A stretch of DNA of 64,000 nucleotides, taken from positions 34,472,001 to 34,536,000 of the forward strand of contig OX597823.1 in assembly GCA_951406725.2 (NCBI GenBank), given 5' to 3'. The position numbers and the translations under genes were made by a program. Shown in pieces: positions 26,829 through 64,000 of the stretch; the stretch's first letter is position 1; every line of letters starts with the position of its first letter. The notes beneath the pieces are model-generated. The model worked only from the letters and a program-made list of their open reading frames with translations. It was not told where the DNA came from and ran no database searches. The DNA comes from Octopus vulgaris. Taxonomy: Eukaryota.

Positions 26829-26856
<28 letters not shown>

Positions 26857-29350
26857 ATCGGCTTATTTCAGTCTCCATCTACCAAATCCACTCAAGGTGC
26901 CATGCAGTGGAACTGAACCTGGAACCATGTGGTTGGTAAACAAGCTACTTACCACACAGCCACTCCTATGCCTATATATATATATATATGTGTGTGTGTG
27001 TTTTGACATCAAGGGATAGTTGTAAACAAACATCATTGTCATACAAGCAGAGCATCTCATTTCTAGTCTTCCCTGAAAATATGTCTGGCCAGGGGCAAAC
27101 ATTACTTTATATGGAAACAGGTGAGGATTGGTGACAGAAAGGGCATCCAACCATAGAAAAATTTACTGCAATGGATTCCTTCTGATTGATGCAAGCCTGG
27201 AAAAGGACCCATTAAAACAATGATGATATGTCAAATAACGTGATGTTGGCCATGTGAGAAAATGGTAAACTCTGATAAACACTTTGCAGTATATAATTTG
27301 TAGAACACTTGAGAAAATTAGATACTTACAGAAGAAAGCCTTGATATATTATTAATTTGACTGAATATTTGAAATAATATTGTGATCATCTTTACTCATA
27401 TTGCAGGTCAATGTCTGGTAGAGTTCGTTACTGTCTTTAAACACCTACATGGTAATGGTAAATTACTGAATTTAGTCAAGAGAATTCTTCTAAAAATACT
27501 CATGTGTTAGCTGGTGCTGGTGGTGGGCCATAGATTAAGCCTACTTAAAAGTCTATAAGAAGATTAGTAATTTTCCAGAATTTTTAGATTTGGAGTAAAA
27601 AAGAAAATATTTGTATTTACAAGGTTTTGCTCATTTTGGATAGTTTCAAAATGTGGAGCAGGTTTCAACCATTCACCAGAAAGAAGACTTTCTGTAAGAA
27701 ACTGTAAAGGACTCATCTGAGAAGAAAAAACAAGAAAAAAAGCAAAGACATTGATAAAGAAGCAACCAATATACTCTCAGAAAATGGTCATTTATGTTGT
27801 GTTTGCTTCTAGAAAACTGCTGTGATGTGCATGTTTGTCAATATATAAAAAATTTCAAAGTAGTTTTCATATAATAAATATAGTGTAAACGTTTTCCCAA
27901 ATATCCTCCAAGTAACACAATCACCTATTTTTAACTAAATGTAAGTGATTTGAGTTTAACAAAAACAATTGAATAAAGGTGACAGAGAGAGCATTGCAAG
28001 AAAGGAAGTGAAAGTAACAGAATGAACCGGAGAAAAACGAAAGGTATTTAATGAAATAACTGGGAAAGAGGTATAAACAGAATATGAGAGAAAGAAAAGA
28101 GACTAAGGCCAAAGTGTAAAAAATGTTGAAAAAAAACAAAAAAGGATAAAAGAGAAAAAAGTGATAAGAATACAGAAACAGAAAGACTAATAGGAACAAA
28201 AGAGAGAGAGAGCATTGCAAGGAAACAGTTAAAGAGAGATGAATGTAAAACATTTAAAAATGTATGTTACAGGAATAAAGATAATTTTCTGATTGAAACA
28301 TGTAGTTAAAATCATCAACATTAAAGGAATCTTAAAAAATGCTTGTTGATAAAGCTATATTAAAACTGGAATTTATAAGAATTTTCTAGACAGTGTAAAT
28401 TTTAATAATTGCTTTCTTTTAGTAAGAAATACATAATCATAACTAATTAATAAGTAGCTTTCTTTATTAAAGTAAAGAAAGAGTTTGCATCTAAATCTGT
28501 ACACAGTCACCATATTAACAGTGGTACCTTATATCTAAATCTATGCAAAGAGACAGGCTGACAGACAGAAGCAAACAGATGAACAAAAGGAATATAACAA
28601 AGAAACATGGTTGAAATGATTTTAGTTGTGTTTGTCATAAGAATTTGAATATTTTAAAATTTCAAAATTTTTCCTGCCAGTATTTTTTATTAATTTTTTT
28701 ATATGTAAGAATTCCATTTATTATTTGAATAAGATATTTACTAGCACATATGAGTTTAAGAATTTCAGTAAGGTTATACTGAAATCTGATGTATCCAAGA
28801 CAATATGTGACACAGATGTATGCATGTGTGTATGTACCATATTTGATGGCATTGCAAAACCCACAGGTGTATCAGATGCATCCAAATTTCAGGTGAGAAA
28901 AATAAATTTTTGTGCATTGAAGCTTATGGGAGTGGGAGGGGGTGCTAACTTCATGTATAGGTGCTGGGGAAACTTCCCTGAGACAATTTTTGGAAAAAAT
29001 GTGCAGGCTTATATGCCATCAAATACAATGTGTGTGTGTGTGTGTGCGAGTGCATGCATGTGTGTGTGTGTTTATGAATAAAGAGTTAGAGGCAGATTTA
29101 TAATACCCCAAAATCTATTTGATATTAAAAGTCAAATGTGGAAATCAATAATTTTAAATCAAGCTGAAGAATTTTTTTTTGCTCTTCACTTTTCTTTCTT
29201 TTGATGTTTTCTTCTGTGAAATGTGCATGTACTTTTGGTTTTCATCACTGTCTTTTTATCTGACTTGACTTATTGGCGCTGTCTGTCCCCTCTTTTACCC
29301 TTTTCCAACAAGTTGTGGAGCACCTGAACATTTTATACAATAAGCTATTT

Positions 29351-29382
<32 letters not shown>

Positions 29383-30829
29383 TGTTATTATTAATTATTA
29401 TTATTATTATGCAGAATATCTTTCAGTTGAGTTGCAGATTTGAAGAACAAACCAACAAACTTGCATATTTTAATTTCCTTAAAAAATATTTCATTTTTTT
29501 CTCATTTCATCATTGATATGTGAAATTTTTTTACCAGTTTTTCACAAAATGGAGTGTAAGGAATTCAAAATATTTTTAAATATGTGCAAGATTATGTTCA
29601 TGTGTGTATACATTTGTTAGTATATAATTATTCATAAACAAGAAGTTATTGTTTGAATTGTTCTTAAGGTGAGAAAACATGATTGGCCAATCTGAACCTA
29701 AAGAAAAATATGTGTGTGTGTGTGTTTTCTATGTATATGGTAAAAGATAGAAAGAAGAACCATTTTTTTTGTTTTTTATAGATTTACTTCAAATTATATA
29801 TTGGAACCAATGGACATTCAGCTTAAGGGGTAACATCACCAAATCACATCTGTAATATCCCTGGAAGAACAAAAAATATGGTGATACAATCCCTAATTTT
29901 TGACTTGTATAAAATGTTTTCCCTAAGAAAAATGTTAACAATCTTCAATGAACATGTATGTATACATACTGCATTTGCCGGTGTTTTAAATGCACTCTTG
30001 CATAAGATGCAGCTTTATTTTACATGAATATTTTGTAGGAAAAAAAAACAACAAATTTAGAACATAATATAGCCATTGAAAGATATTTTTTTAGTAGTTT
30101 TGTAAATACAATATTTTGATGGTAAACTGGAATACAGTATGAAAACAAATTTATCATAAATAAAATGCTTTATACAAGTACTGTATAAAAATATTATCCT
30201 CTTTCAGAAGAACTGTATAGTTATTTATATTTTGGCTAACAGAATTGCCATACGAGATGTATATCTCATATCTGTGGCTGTGATATTTTATTAGTAGCGA
30301 GGGTGATGCACCACTGCTATGATTTTGTTGTTATCCACTTATTGCAAATAGCTGCTGATAGAGCATTTCAATATTTTAGATATTGATATTCAAACGACTT
30401 TGTGGTTGCAGTATCAAAGACCACAGCCACACATGAGGATAGCTCAAGGATTTCACAAGCCCATGTCATTTAGTACACTATACAAACTCAAACATACAAA
30501 AGAATTACAGAAGTGAAAAAAAAACAGGCTTTTATCAGACACTCAGATGCAGCAAAGTTCTGGATTGTTGAGGTACACACCATTATTAAGACGACCACTT
30601 TTGAATCACACAGATTAGTCAGATATATGGAAATACATATTTAGTTTTTCCAACCATATGCAGCCACATGTTTCTAAATGATTCATTGCTTACTCAGCCT
30701 TCTGTTTTTGTTTACATAGTCAACGATTCTCCTGTTATAACTATAAGTGTATCTGCGGGTTTGTCACTTATATCACATTGACTGACTTAATATATATACA
30801 CTGACATAGCAACCATTCTATATACTTAT

Positions 30830-30857
30830 AGATAGATAGATAGATAGACAAACAGAC

Positions 30858-30908
<51 letters not shown>

Positions 30909-30969
30909 CAAACAGATAGATAGATAAATAAATAGGCAGACAAATAGACAGAAAAATAGATAGACAGAT

Positions 30970-31008
<39 letters not shown>
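30830..31008. repeat. (GATA)n/(GACA)n microsatellite
   Basis: Direct inspection. Confidence 0.95.
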
Positions 31009-31009
31009 T

Positions 31010-31485
31010 TGGTTTCAAATTATGGCACAAAACTAGAACTCTTGGGGGAGGGTTTAAGTCCATTACATTGACCCCAGTGTGTAACTGGTACTATTTTTTT
31101 GACCCTGAAAAGATGAAAGGCACATCTCTATCTCGGTGGAATTTGAACTCAGAACTTAAAGATAGACAAAGTGCTGCTAAGCATTTTGTCCAGCATGCTA
31201 ACAATTCTGCCAGCTTGCCTTTACATGTGTGTGGTGTGTGTGTAAGTAGCTTGCTTACCAACCACATGGTTCCGGGTTCAGTCCCACTGCTTGGCACCTT
31301 GGGCAAGTGTCTTCTACTATAGCCTCTAACCAGCCAAAGCCTTGTGAGTGAATTTGGTAGACAGAAACTGAAAGAAGTCTGTCGTATGTGTGTGTGTATG
31401 TGCTTGACATCCCCGTAACTTAGCAGTTTGGCAAAAGAGACCAATAGTATAAGTACTAGGCTTACAAAGAATAAGTCCTCAGGTC
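31010..31485. mobile_element. SINE family B (-) adjacent to SINE family A (+)
   Basis: 31010-31220 is the reverse complement of family B; 31230-31485 is family A. Confidence 0.75.
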
Positions 31486-31779
31486 AGGGGGCTAGCAGAT
31501 GGCAAATAATAGAGTGAGACAAGGCATGTGGGTAGAACACACAGGTTGGGAGCAAGCAGAGAGCAATGATATAGTGGCACAGGTCCAAGAGAACAGGATT
31601 GGTGAGTGGGAGGTAATCATAGTACATGAAGTAGAAATGTGAGGAAGAGAAGGGATGTAGAGACGTAGTTTGGTTTGTTGTGGTAGAGTGTGTGAGAAGT
31701 TTTCTACAGTGTTTCTAGAATTCAGTTTCACTGATGTGGGTGGGTCTTCTCAAGAACTTCATATCACCTGATATCTCAG

Positions 31780-33500
31780 TCCATGGTCATTTCCTCCGTG
31801 AGGTCCAACTTCCTGAGATCAGTCCTTACCACTTAATCCCATGTCTTCATGGGTCTCCTTCTCCATGGGTACCATCCACTTTCAGTCATCAGCACTTCTT
31901 TGTGCAGCTATCTTCATTCATGCACATCATATGTCCAAACCAATGTAGTCTTCTCTCTCTTGCTTGCCACATTTGATTCCTTTTATGCCAAACTTTTCTC
32001 TCAATACATTTGCACTTAGTTGTACATGTGCACTGATGTTCCACATCCAACAGAGCATACTACCTTCGTTTCTCTCCAGTCTATACATATCCTCAGCATT
32101 CAGAGCCCATGTCTCACTACCATGAGTATAGCTGTTCGTACACAAGCATCATATAGTCTACCTTTCATTCTGAGAGAGTCCTTTTGTTGCCAACAGAGGT
32201 AATAGCTCTCTGAACTTCTCCACCCAATTCTTATTCTAGAAACAATACTTTCAGAGCATCCTCCACCATTGCTAATTTGGTCACCTAAGTCACAAAAAAT
32301 ATCAACAACTTCAAGAGAGCTTCTTGGGCACTTGAGAGAATCTAAGTCCCGTATGCTCTTAGGGCTTATTTTGTTCCTGCACATCTGTCACATGCAAAGA
32401 CGACTTTATCTGTATCCTATGCCAACAGATATTTTAATAATCTCAGCAGTGATTCCTGATAGCCCAGGGACTTTCCCTGTTTTCATGTCCTTAATTGCTT
32501 TATCTATGATGCTGCTATCAACCCTGATTGCTGGTCTCTCAATTGGTTCAATATTTGGTAGATTCTCCTTCTCCCATTCCTTTACCATATTTAGCAACCT
32601 TTCATAGTGACGCTTCCATGCATCTTTTCTTCTCTGAGTCACTAAGTGCAAGCATACCATTATCCATTCGCAGACATTTCTCACCTACCACATCTCTATT
32701 CTCTCTGATACACTGCTTTGCAATCCTGAACACCTCATGCCTCTGATCCTCATGCTGTAGGACATTTGCAAATCTCTTCCCTTCAGCTACTCCTTTTGCT
32801 ATGTAAACCTGACACCTGGCTGCCCTTTTGGCTACCTGATATAATTCTCTGCTTCCACTGTTTTTCCATTCTTTCCAAGCCTGTCTCTTTGCTTTTATAA
32901 CACTGTCTACCTCCTTGTTCCACCACCATGTCACCTTTGGTCTAGCTGGGACTCTGCACCAACCACAGATTCATCCGTAGCTCTCAGTAGATTGTCCGTC
33001 AAGAACTTCCAATTGTCCTCTAAGCTATGTGTCCCCAACTCTTCCTCGCTTTCGTCAGAAGCTTCCATTAGCTAATCTCTAAATTTTTGTCTGTTTGCTG
33101 GGGCTTTGAGCTTCCATAGTCTTCTTTTCCAGATTGGTTTATTTCTCCAGGTCTTTCTAGCTCTAATTTTGAAGTCACTAACTCGTAACCTATGGTGGGT
33201 TGTATACTCTTCACCTGGGAAAGACTTAACATTTTAAAGCATCCATCTATCATGCTGTCTGGTGAGGAGGTAGTCAATTTGGCTTATGCGCTCACCAGAA
33301 TAAGTGATTAAGTGGCTGGCTGGTTTTTTGAAGTTAGTGTTGCAGATCATAAGATCATTTGCATCACAGAACTCCAGCGGACTTGTTCCCTCCTCATTTT
33401 TAGGTTCAAAACCATAGCCTCCATGCACTCCCTAGAATCCAGCGGGGTGCTGTCCAACATGTCCATAGAAGTCACCAGCCACAATAATTAAGTCTCTGTC
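31780..33500 (-). mobile_element. Degenerate RTE-clade LINE (APE endonuclease end, linker, post-RT region; RT core apparently deleted)
   Basis: Minus-strand peptides [112 protein letters not shown]; same family as 15093-16430. Confidence 0.88.
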
Positions 33501-33731
33501 ATATATATATATATATATTGAGTGAAAACACCTAAAGCTCCACGAGGCTCTGGCAGGGGGCTGGGTGGCGATCCCTACTGTACTCTTTTGCCACAACTTT
33601 CTCTCACTCTTTCTTCTGTTGGCCTGCTCGCTTAGCCACCGGGGTGGCTTCATTCGAAGGCTAAAACAATGCGAACGCATTGTGACCAGTGATGTGTAGC
33701 AACATCCCGATGGTCTAGTTGGTCACGTGAT

Positions 33732-33775
<44 letters not shown>

Positions 33776-34587
33776 TTTGTTTCTATGTGAAGTTATAAAA
33801 ACAATAATAACGTGGAACAGAGGGAATAGCCAATACTTTTTAGTCAAGTACATATTTGTTAATTTTTACAAGGAAAAGGCTGACAGTTACTTCAGAGTTT
33901 CAGCTCATTAGCTATCAGATTACAGGTAAGCTGTAACTTTGAAGTCATCCATTTTTTACCGTTTTTTTTTGTGTACACACACACATGATGGTTGTTAACT
34001 CCTTGTACAAAGTCTGACCAGGTCTGATGTGGCTTTTTAAATCAGACAGTGCATTGAAAAGACACCCACATAGATTGCATATCTGCTTTGGACCACCAAG
34101 AGCTGCAATTAAGTTCTGATCTTTGTGGATCTTAAAATGTCTTTTGAGGCCTCTGTTAGGTTTGCAGTCATTATGGTATACACAGCATTGAAAGGGGTGC
34201 ACAGACATATGGGCAGAATAGTTGGTAGAGGTTCGTTTTCCATATATATATACATACATACATTCATACACACACACACACACACACGCATGCTCTCATA
34301 TGCTCACACATACACATTCACATACTACTTTATACAGTCTCTAAGAAATGGCTGTTAATGTCAGCTCAGAGAATCATCAAAATTGTTATAACTACTTTGT
34401 CTCGTTAATAGGACATCATCCACTGATGTAATTAAGGTTAATAACATAAGACATAAATAAAATTAAATGAATGAAAACAAAAAACAAGGAAAAGATGTTT
34501 AAAATTCAGTCATGTATCACAGTTGAAAACGTAAATTTATCTTCAAAAACAGACATTGCATGTCACAAAGTAAAATCAAACATCATA

Positions 34588-34771
34588 TGTGTGTGTGTGT
34601 GTGTATCTATTTATGTATGCGTGTGTGAGTATATATATATATATATATTTATCTACGTGTATGTACATATATATATTTATGTATGTGTATGTATATACAT
34701 ATATAAATATATATATTTTTATGCATGTGTATGTATATATATAAATATATTTATATATTTATATTTATGTA

Positions 34772-34812
<41 letters not shown>

Positions 34813-34821
34813 TTATGTATG

Positions 34822-34858
<37 letters not shown>

Positions 34859-34867
34859 TTATGTGTA

Positions 34868-34903
<36 letters not shown>

Positions 34904-34950
34904 TGTATGTATGTATGTATGTATGTATGTATGTATGTATGTATGTATGC
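34588..34950. repeat. Compound (TG)/(TA)/(TATG)n microsatellite
   Basis: Direct inspection. Confidence 0.95.
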
Positions 34951-35247
34951 ATACATATCATAGCATAGGAAAGAAGGTTGATTAACTTAAAAAACCCCTA
35001 AAACTTTGATTCTTTTGTTTTTTTACAACTTGGTTTCTGAGCTGTGTATATTCAATGTGAATTACATTGATTTTAGTTTAATAATGAACTCAGAAAAGAG
35101 GATTTATGTAACTTTTTTACATAGTCTCTGTACCTTGTATGAATTGTTGCTCCCAACTTCAATTGTTAGTCAGACTTATTCTGACGTGCGTTTCTGATTA
35201 TTGCAAATATAATCAAACATGATCAATATGTCACTTATCCTAAGATA

Positions 35248-35281
<34 letters not shown>

Positions 35282-35826
35282 GGGAAGTGAAAGAGTGGAA
35301 GAGAGAAGAAGAAAGAGATAAAGAGAGTGAGAGAGAGAGAGAAGAAAGAGAGAGAGGGTGTGTGTGTGAGTGAGAGAGAGAGAAAGAGAGTGAGACAGAG
35401 AAGGAGAGTGTGTGTATAAGTGAGGGGGAGAGGGAAAGAGAGAGAGACAGAGATAGACAGGGCATAGAGTGTGTGTGTGTGTGTGTCTTTTTTAAATGTC
35501 TATTGATTAAGTTGTCATCTCAGTATATTAAGTGATATCAACAGGCCATTTTATCACATAAATAATATTTATATTGTGAAGTATATTTGCCACCTAAATG
35601 TGGCTAACCCTTAAGGGTTCATACTACTGTAGCTTGTAGCCCCAGGAAGACATCTCCTCCAGCTGGCTATTGACACAGTTTCTCTGCCCTATTAGTGTTT
35701 GCCCAGAGATTTATTATTGATATCTTTATCATTTATGTGATTGTGATATATTGGCATTGCTCTCCTCCTCCTCCTGAGACCTCTAACTATTCCTACTGTG
35801 GTAGGAGGATAGCAATGAATGCATTG

Positions 35827-35857
<31 letters not shown>

Positions 35858-35945
35858 CCAAAGAGAGTATTAATTCATAGACTTAACAATGAACAAGAAA
35901 CATAGTTCAATAATCAATTAATGTATTCCCAGATTAATTAACATA

Positions 35946-36056
35946 GTATGCTCAACTTAATGCATGTTCAACTTAACGAATGCTCAACTTAATGAATGCT
36001 CCGCTTAATGAATGCTCATCTTGATGAATGCTCAACCTAACGAATGCTCATCTTAA
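35946..36056. repeat. 16-bp minisatellite (ATGCTCAACTTAATGA-like, ~7 copies) in the presumed HHIPL 3' UTR
   Basis: atgctcaacttaatgc / atgttcaacttaacga / atgctcaacttaatga / atgctccgcttaatga ... Confidence 0.85.
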
Positions 36057-36292
36057 TTTTCCTCTGGTAATATTTACTGCTTATTTCATTGCACTTTTTT
36101 GACTATTTTTTTCTTTTAATATTTGGAGATGGACAATGGCCAAATATTTTATGATAAATAAATGTTTTGTCACTTAAGAATTTAGTCCTATTAAAAAGAT
36201 GTTATTTTAGCTTAGATATAGATAGAGAAGAGATTACTGGTGAGAAAGGGGACGGGAACAGACAATAAAATGGCCTTAGAATACTTTAGGAC

Positions 36293-61917
<25,625 letters not shown>

Positions 61918-62083
61918 CTGAAACAAAAATTCAGACTCATTGTCAGTGAAATTCTACACACACACGTTAGGTCAGTTCAAATATATTTGTGACATATTTC
62001 AACTTCTGAAGACAATTTCATCACAGCTTTCCGCGGAGAAAATATCTCAAGGCAAAAATTCTTTTTATTTCCCACCACTGCTA

Positions 62084-62152
<69 letters not shown>

Positions 62153-63389
62153 TGTATGTATGTATGTATGTATGTCAGGTCACTTTCGAGTGCTACTGGT
62201 AACATGTAACCCAGTACAATCTGTTGCATGGTCAGGTCGTTGGCGACTAAACTGGCAACCCCACCAAGCTTGCTTGGTGAGGAGGGTGTTTATTGGACAT
62301 CCTGCGGGATGAAAAATAAAACCCGTCAAAGGGCGGAGGAACTCTTGAGAGTCAACGGCCATCCAATAAATGTCTTAAGGCTGTCTCATGCGCGGGGACA
62401 TAGAAATAATCGGACTGAATACCCGATCGCGCGGTTAAACCATTGGGAGTGAAGAACTCATAGCCTTTGTTAGGGCATCCTTCTAGGAGAAGGTAACTCC
62501 GGTAACTGGGATAACTCCATTATAAAACCTGTGGCTCAGTGGTTACCGATGATGTTCTTTTCGGATTATGGCTGCTGTTGCTTAGTGAGTGAGATTGACT
62601 CAGTGCACAGCCTTGCCTCACTTCAAAAAAAAAAGTCTTCTTGCACAGGCATTGCACAATAACAACATTGATTAAGCTTCGTGCAATGGCCATACTCGAT
62701 AACGAGGGGGCAGCCACCATGTATGTATGTATGTATGTATGTACAGTCTTCTTTAAGATGTTCGTGTACATTCGGACATAAAAAGGCAACACGCTGCAGA
62801 TGTCTGGAAAAAAGAAACTCTCCTTATAGACTATGATGGTGCAGGGACATGACTGCGTTATGAATACTCTCATAGTATATAACTGTATTTCATTCAACGC
62901 TGCTAAGTGCGCCTATCATTTACACATAGTTATACAGTAACCCCTTGACTATCACGGGTGTTACGTTCCAAAATACACGTGTGTGTGTGTGTGTGTGTGT
63001 GCATGCGTGCGCTATGTATGAATGTATATAAAGATAGAGAGTGAGAGAGATAAAGAAATGGACTGATAAAAAGAAGATAATGTCTCGTGTTCAAATTCAT
63101 TCGGGTCTTGTCTCAACGCATGACTGAGCAAAACCTTGGATTAACCACTTGCAATTAAAGGCATGCACACACACACACACAGATCCACCCCTAAACTTCA
63201 TTATAAAAGACTTTGGTCTTATTTTACGATGGAACATGTAAAAAATGTGTTCCAAAATTATATCTTGCATTTAGTTTTGTTTATAAAATTTCATAGCTCA
63301 GCTGCTGAAATTTCTTTTTTTCGGCTTTAGAATTATTGCAAATGCAAGGTGCGATCCATATGTATCCGACTTTATTTTTTTCCCGCCAA

Positions 63390-63625
63390 AATTTATGCCG
63401 CATGGGCAAAATTTTTTGTGCAGGTGACGACGCCACCCGTCCTGCGCATGCGTGAAAGTTTGGCGACGATGTCATGGGCAAAACTCATCAAGGAGTCCTC
63501 AGCCGCTTCAAACACGCCTACACCTTAATGGAGAGCGAGGCACGCTCAGACCGCCCACCGACAAGCTGAAGCGAGGAGCCGATTGAGAAGGTTCGGCGAA
63601 TAGTTATGGAAGACGGTCATCTCCC
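63390..63625 (+). mobile_element. Mariner transposase N-terminal (HTH) relic
   Basis: Reads FGDDVMGKT..SRFKHAYTLMESEARSDRPPTS*SEEPIEKVRRIVMEDGHL, resembling mariner FGD..M....WF.RFK.G..S.E...RSGRP; contains stops. Confidence 0.7.
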
Positions 63626-64000
63626 AGCCAAGGGATTTTGCTCACGCAGCAATAGTTTCGGCAGAAAAACTAAAGACGGATACTTTTTAAATCTCATGTT
63701 CAAATGTTTATCATTAAAACGAACCTTTTTTCTTTCATTCTTTCTTTTCTATATTTTTTGCCATTTTGTACAATTCCAATTCGTCAAACTCTTGAAATTA
63801 CGATATTGGAAAGTGGAAAAACGGACTTTTGGAATGGCTGTCCCATTTAAGTTGGAATTTCGCAGTTTTTGTCGTGACTCCCCACTATTTTTTTAAAATC
63901 ATATATTACAAAACAATTGAAAGAAGCCTTGATTTTTTTTTTTTAAATCCACACACATTCATCATGACTTTGAAACAACAATAACAACCACTAAAATAAT

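Noticed and set aside
28725-29081. 118-aa + strand ORF with a CAG|gtgaga donor-like site
   Set aside because: No recognisable domain or partner exons; ends in a (TG)n repeat.
34471-35465. ORFs rich in YI/CV/MYVC/SL repeats (also at 30818, 59358-59859, 61450-61895)
   Set aside because: Translations of microsatellites.
35946-36056. 16-bp repeats as a CRISPR-like array
   Set aside because: Contiguous tandem units without unique spacers, in a eukaryotic genome; a simple minisatellite.

Overview
AT-rich, microsatellite- and SINE-dense animal genomic DNA; the repeat landscape looks cephalopod (Octopus-like; inference from repeat style, not verified). Two spliced protein-coding genes converge tail-to-tail. 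(1) On +, a complete 11-exon PDIA4/ERp72 gene (5480-24673; 1887-nt CDS, 628 aa, three WCGHC thioredoxin sites, C-terminal HIEL). (2) On -, the 3' part of an HHIP-like (HHIPL; GSDH beta-propeller) gene entering from beyond the right edge: five ordinary exons (61917-51779) splice in frame onto one 12,271-nt terminal exon (48563-36293). That exon encodes ~4,090 aa of Ser/Asp/Thr/Glu-rich hierarchically duplicated repeats where a short SRCR/EGF tail would be expected. This giant proteoglycan/phosphoprotein-like HHIPL is the main finding. Non-coding DNA holds mariner relics, TIR-bounded MITEs, RTE and R4/Dong-like LINE fragments, several SINE families (some in tandem arrays), a near-perfect 282-bp palindrome, and (TA)n-embedded inverted repeats with degenerate hammerhead-like motifs suggestive of Penelope-like element ends.
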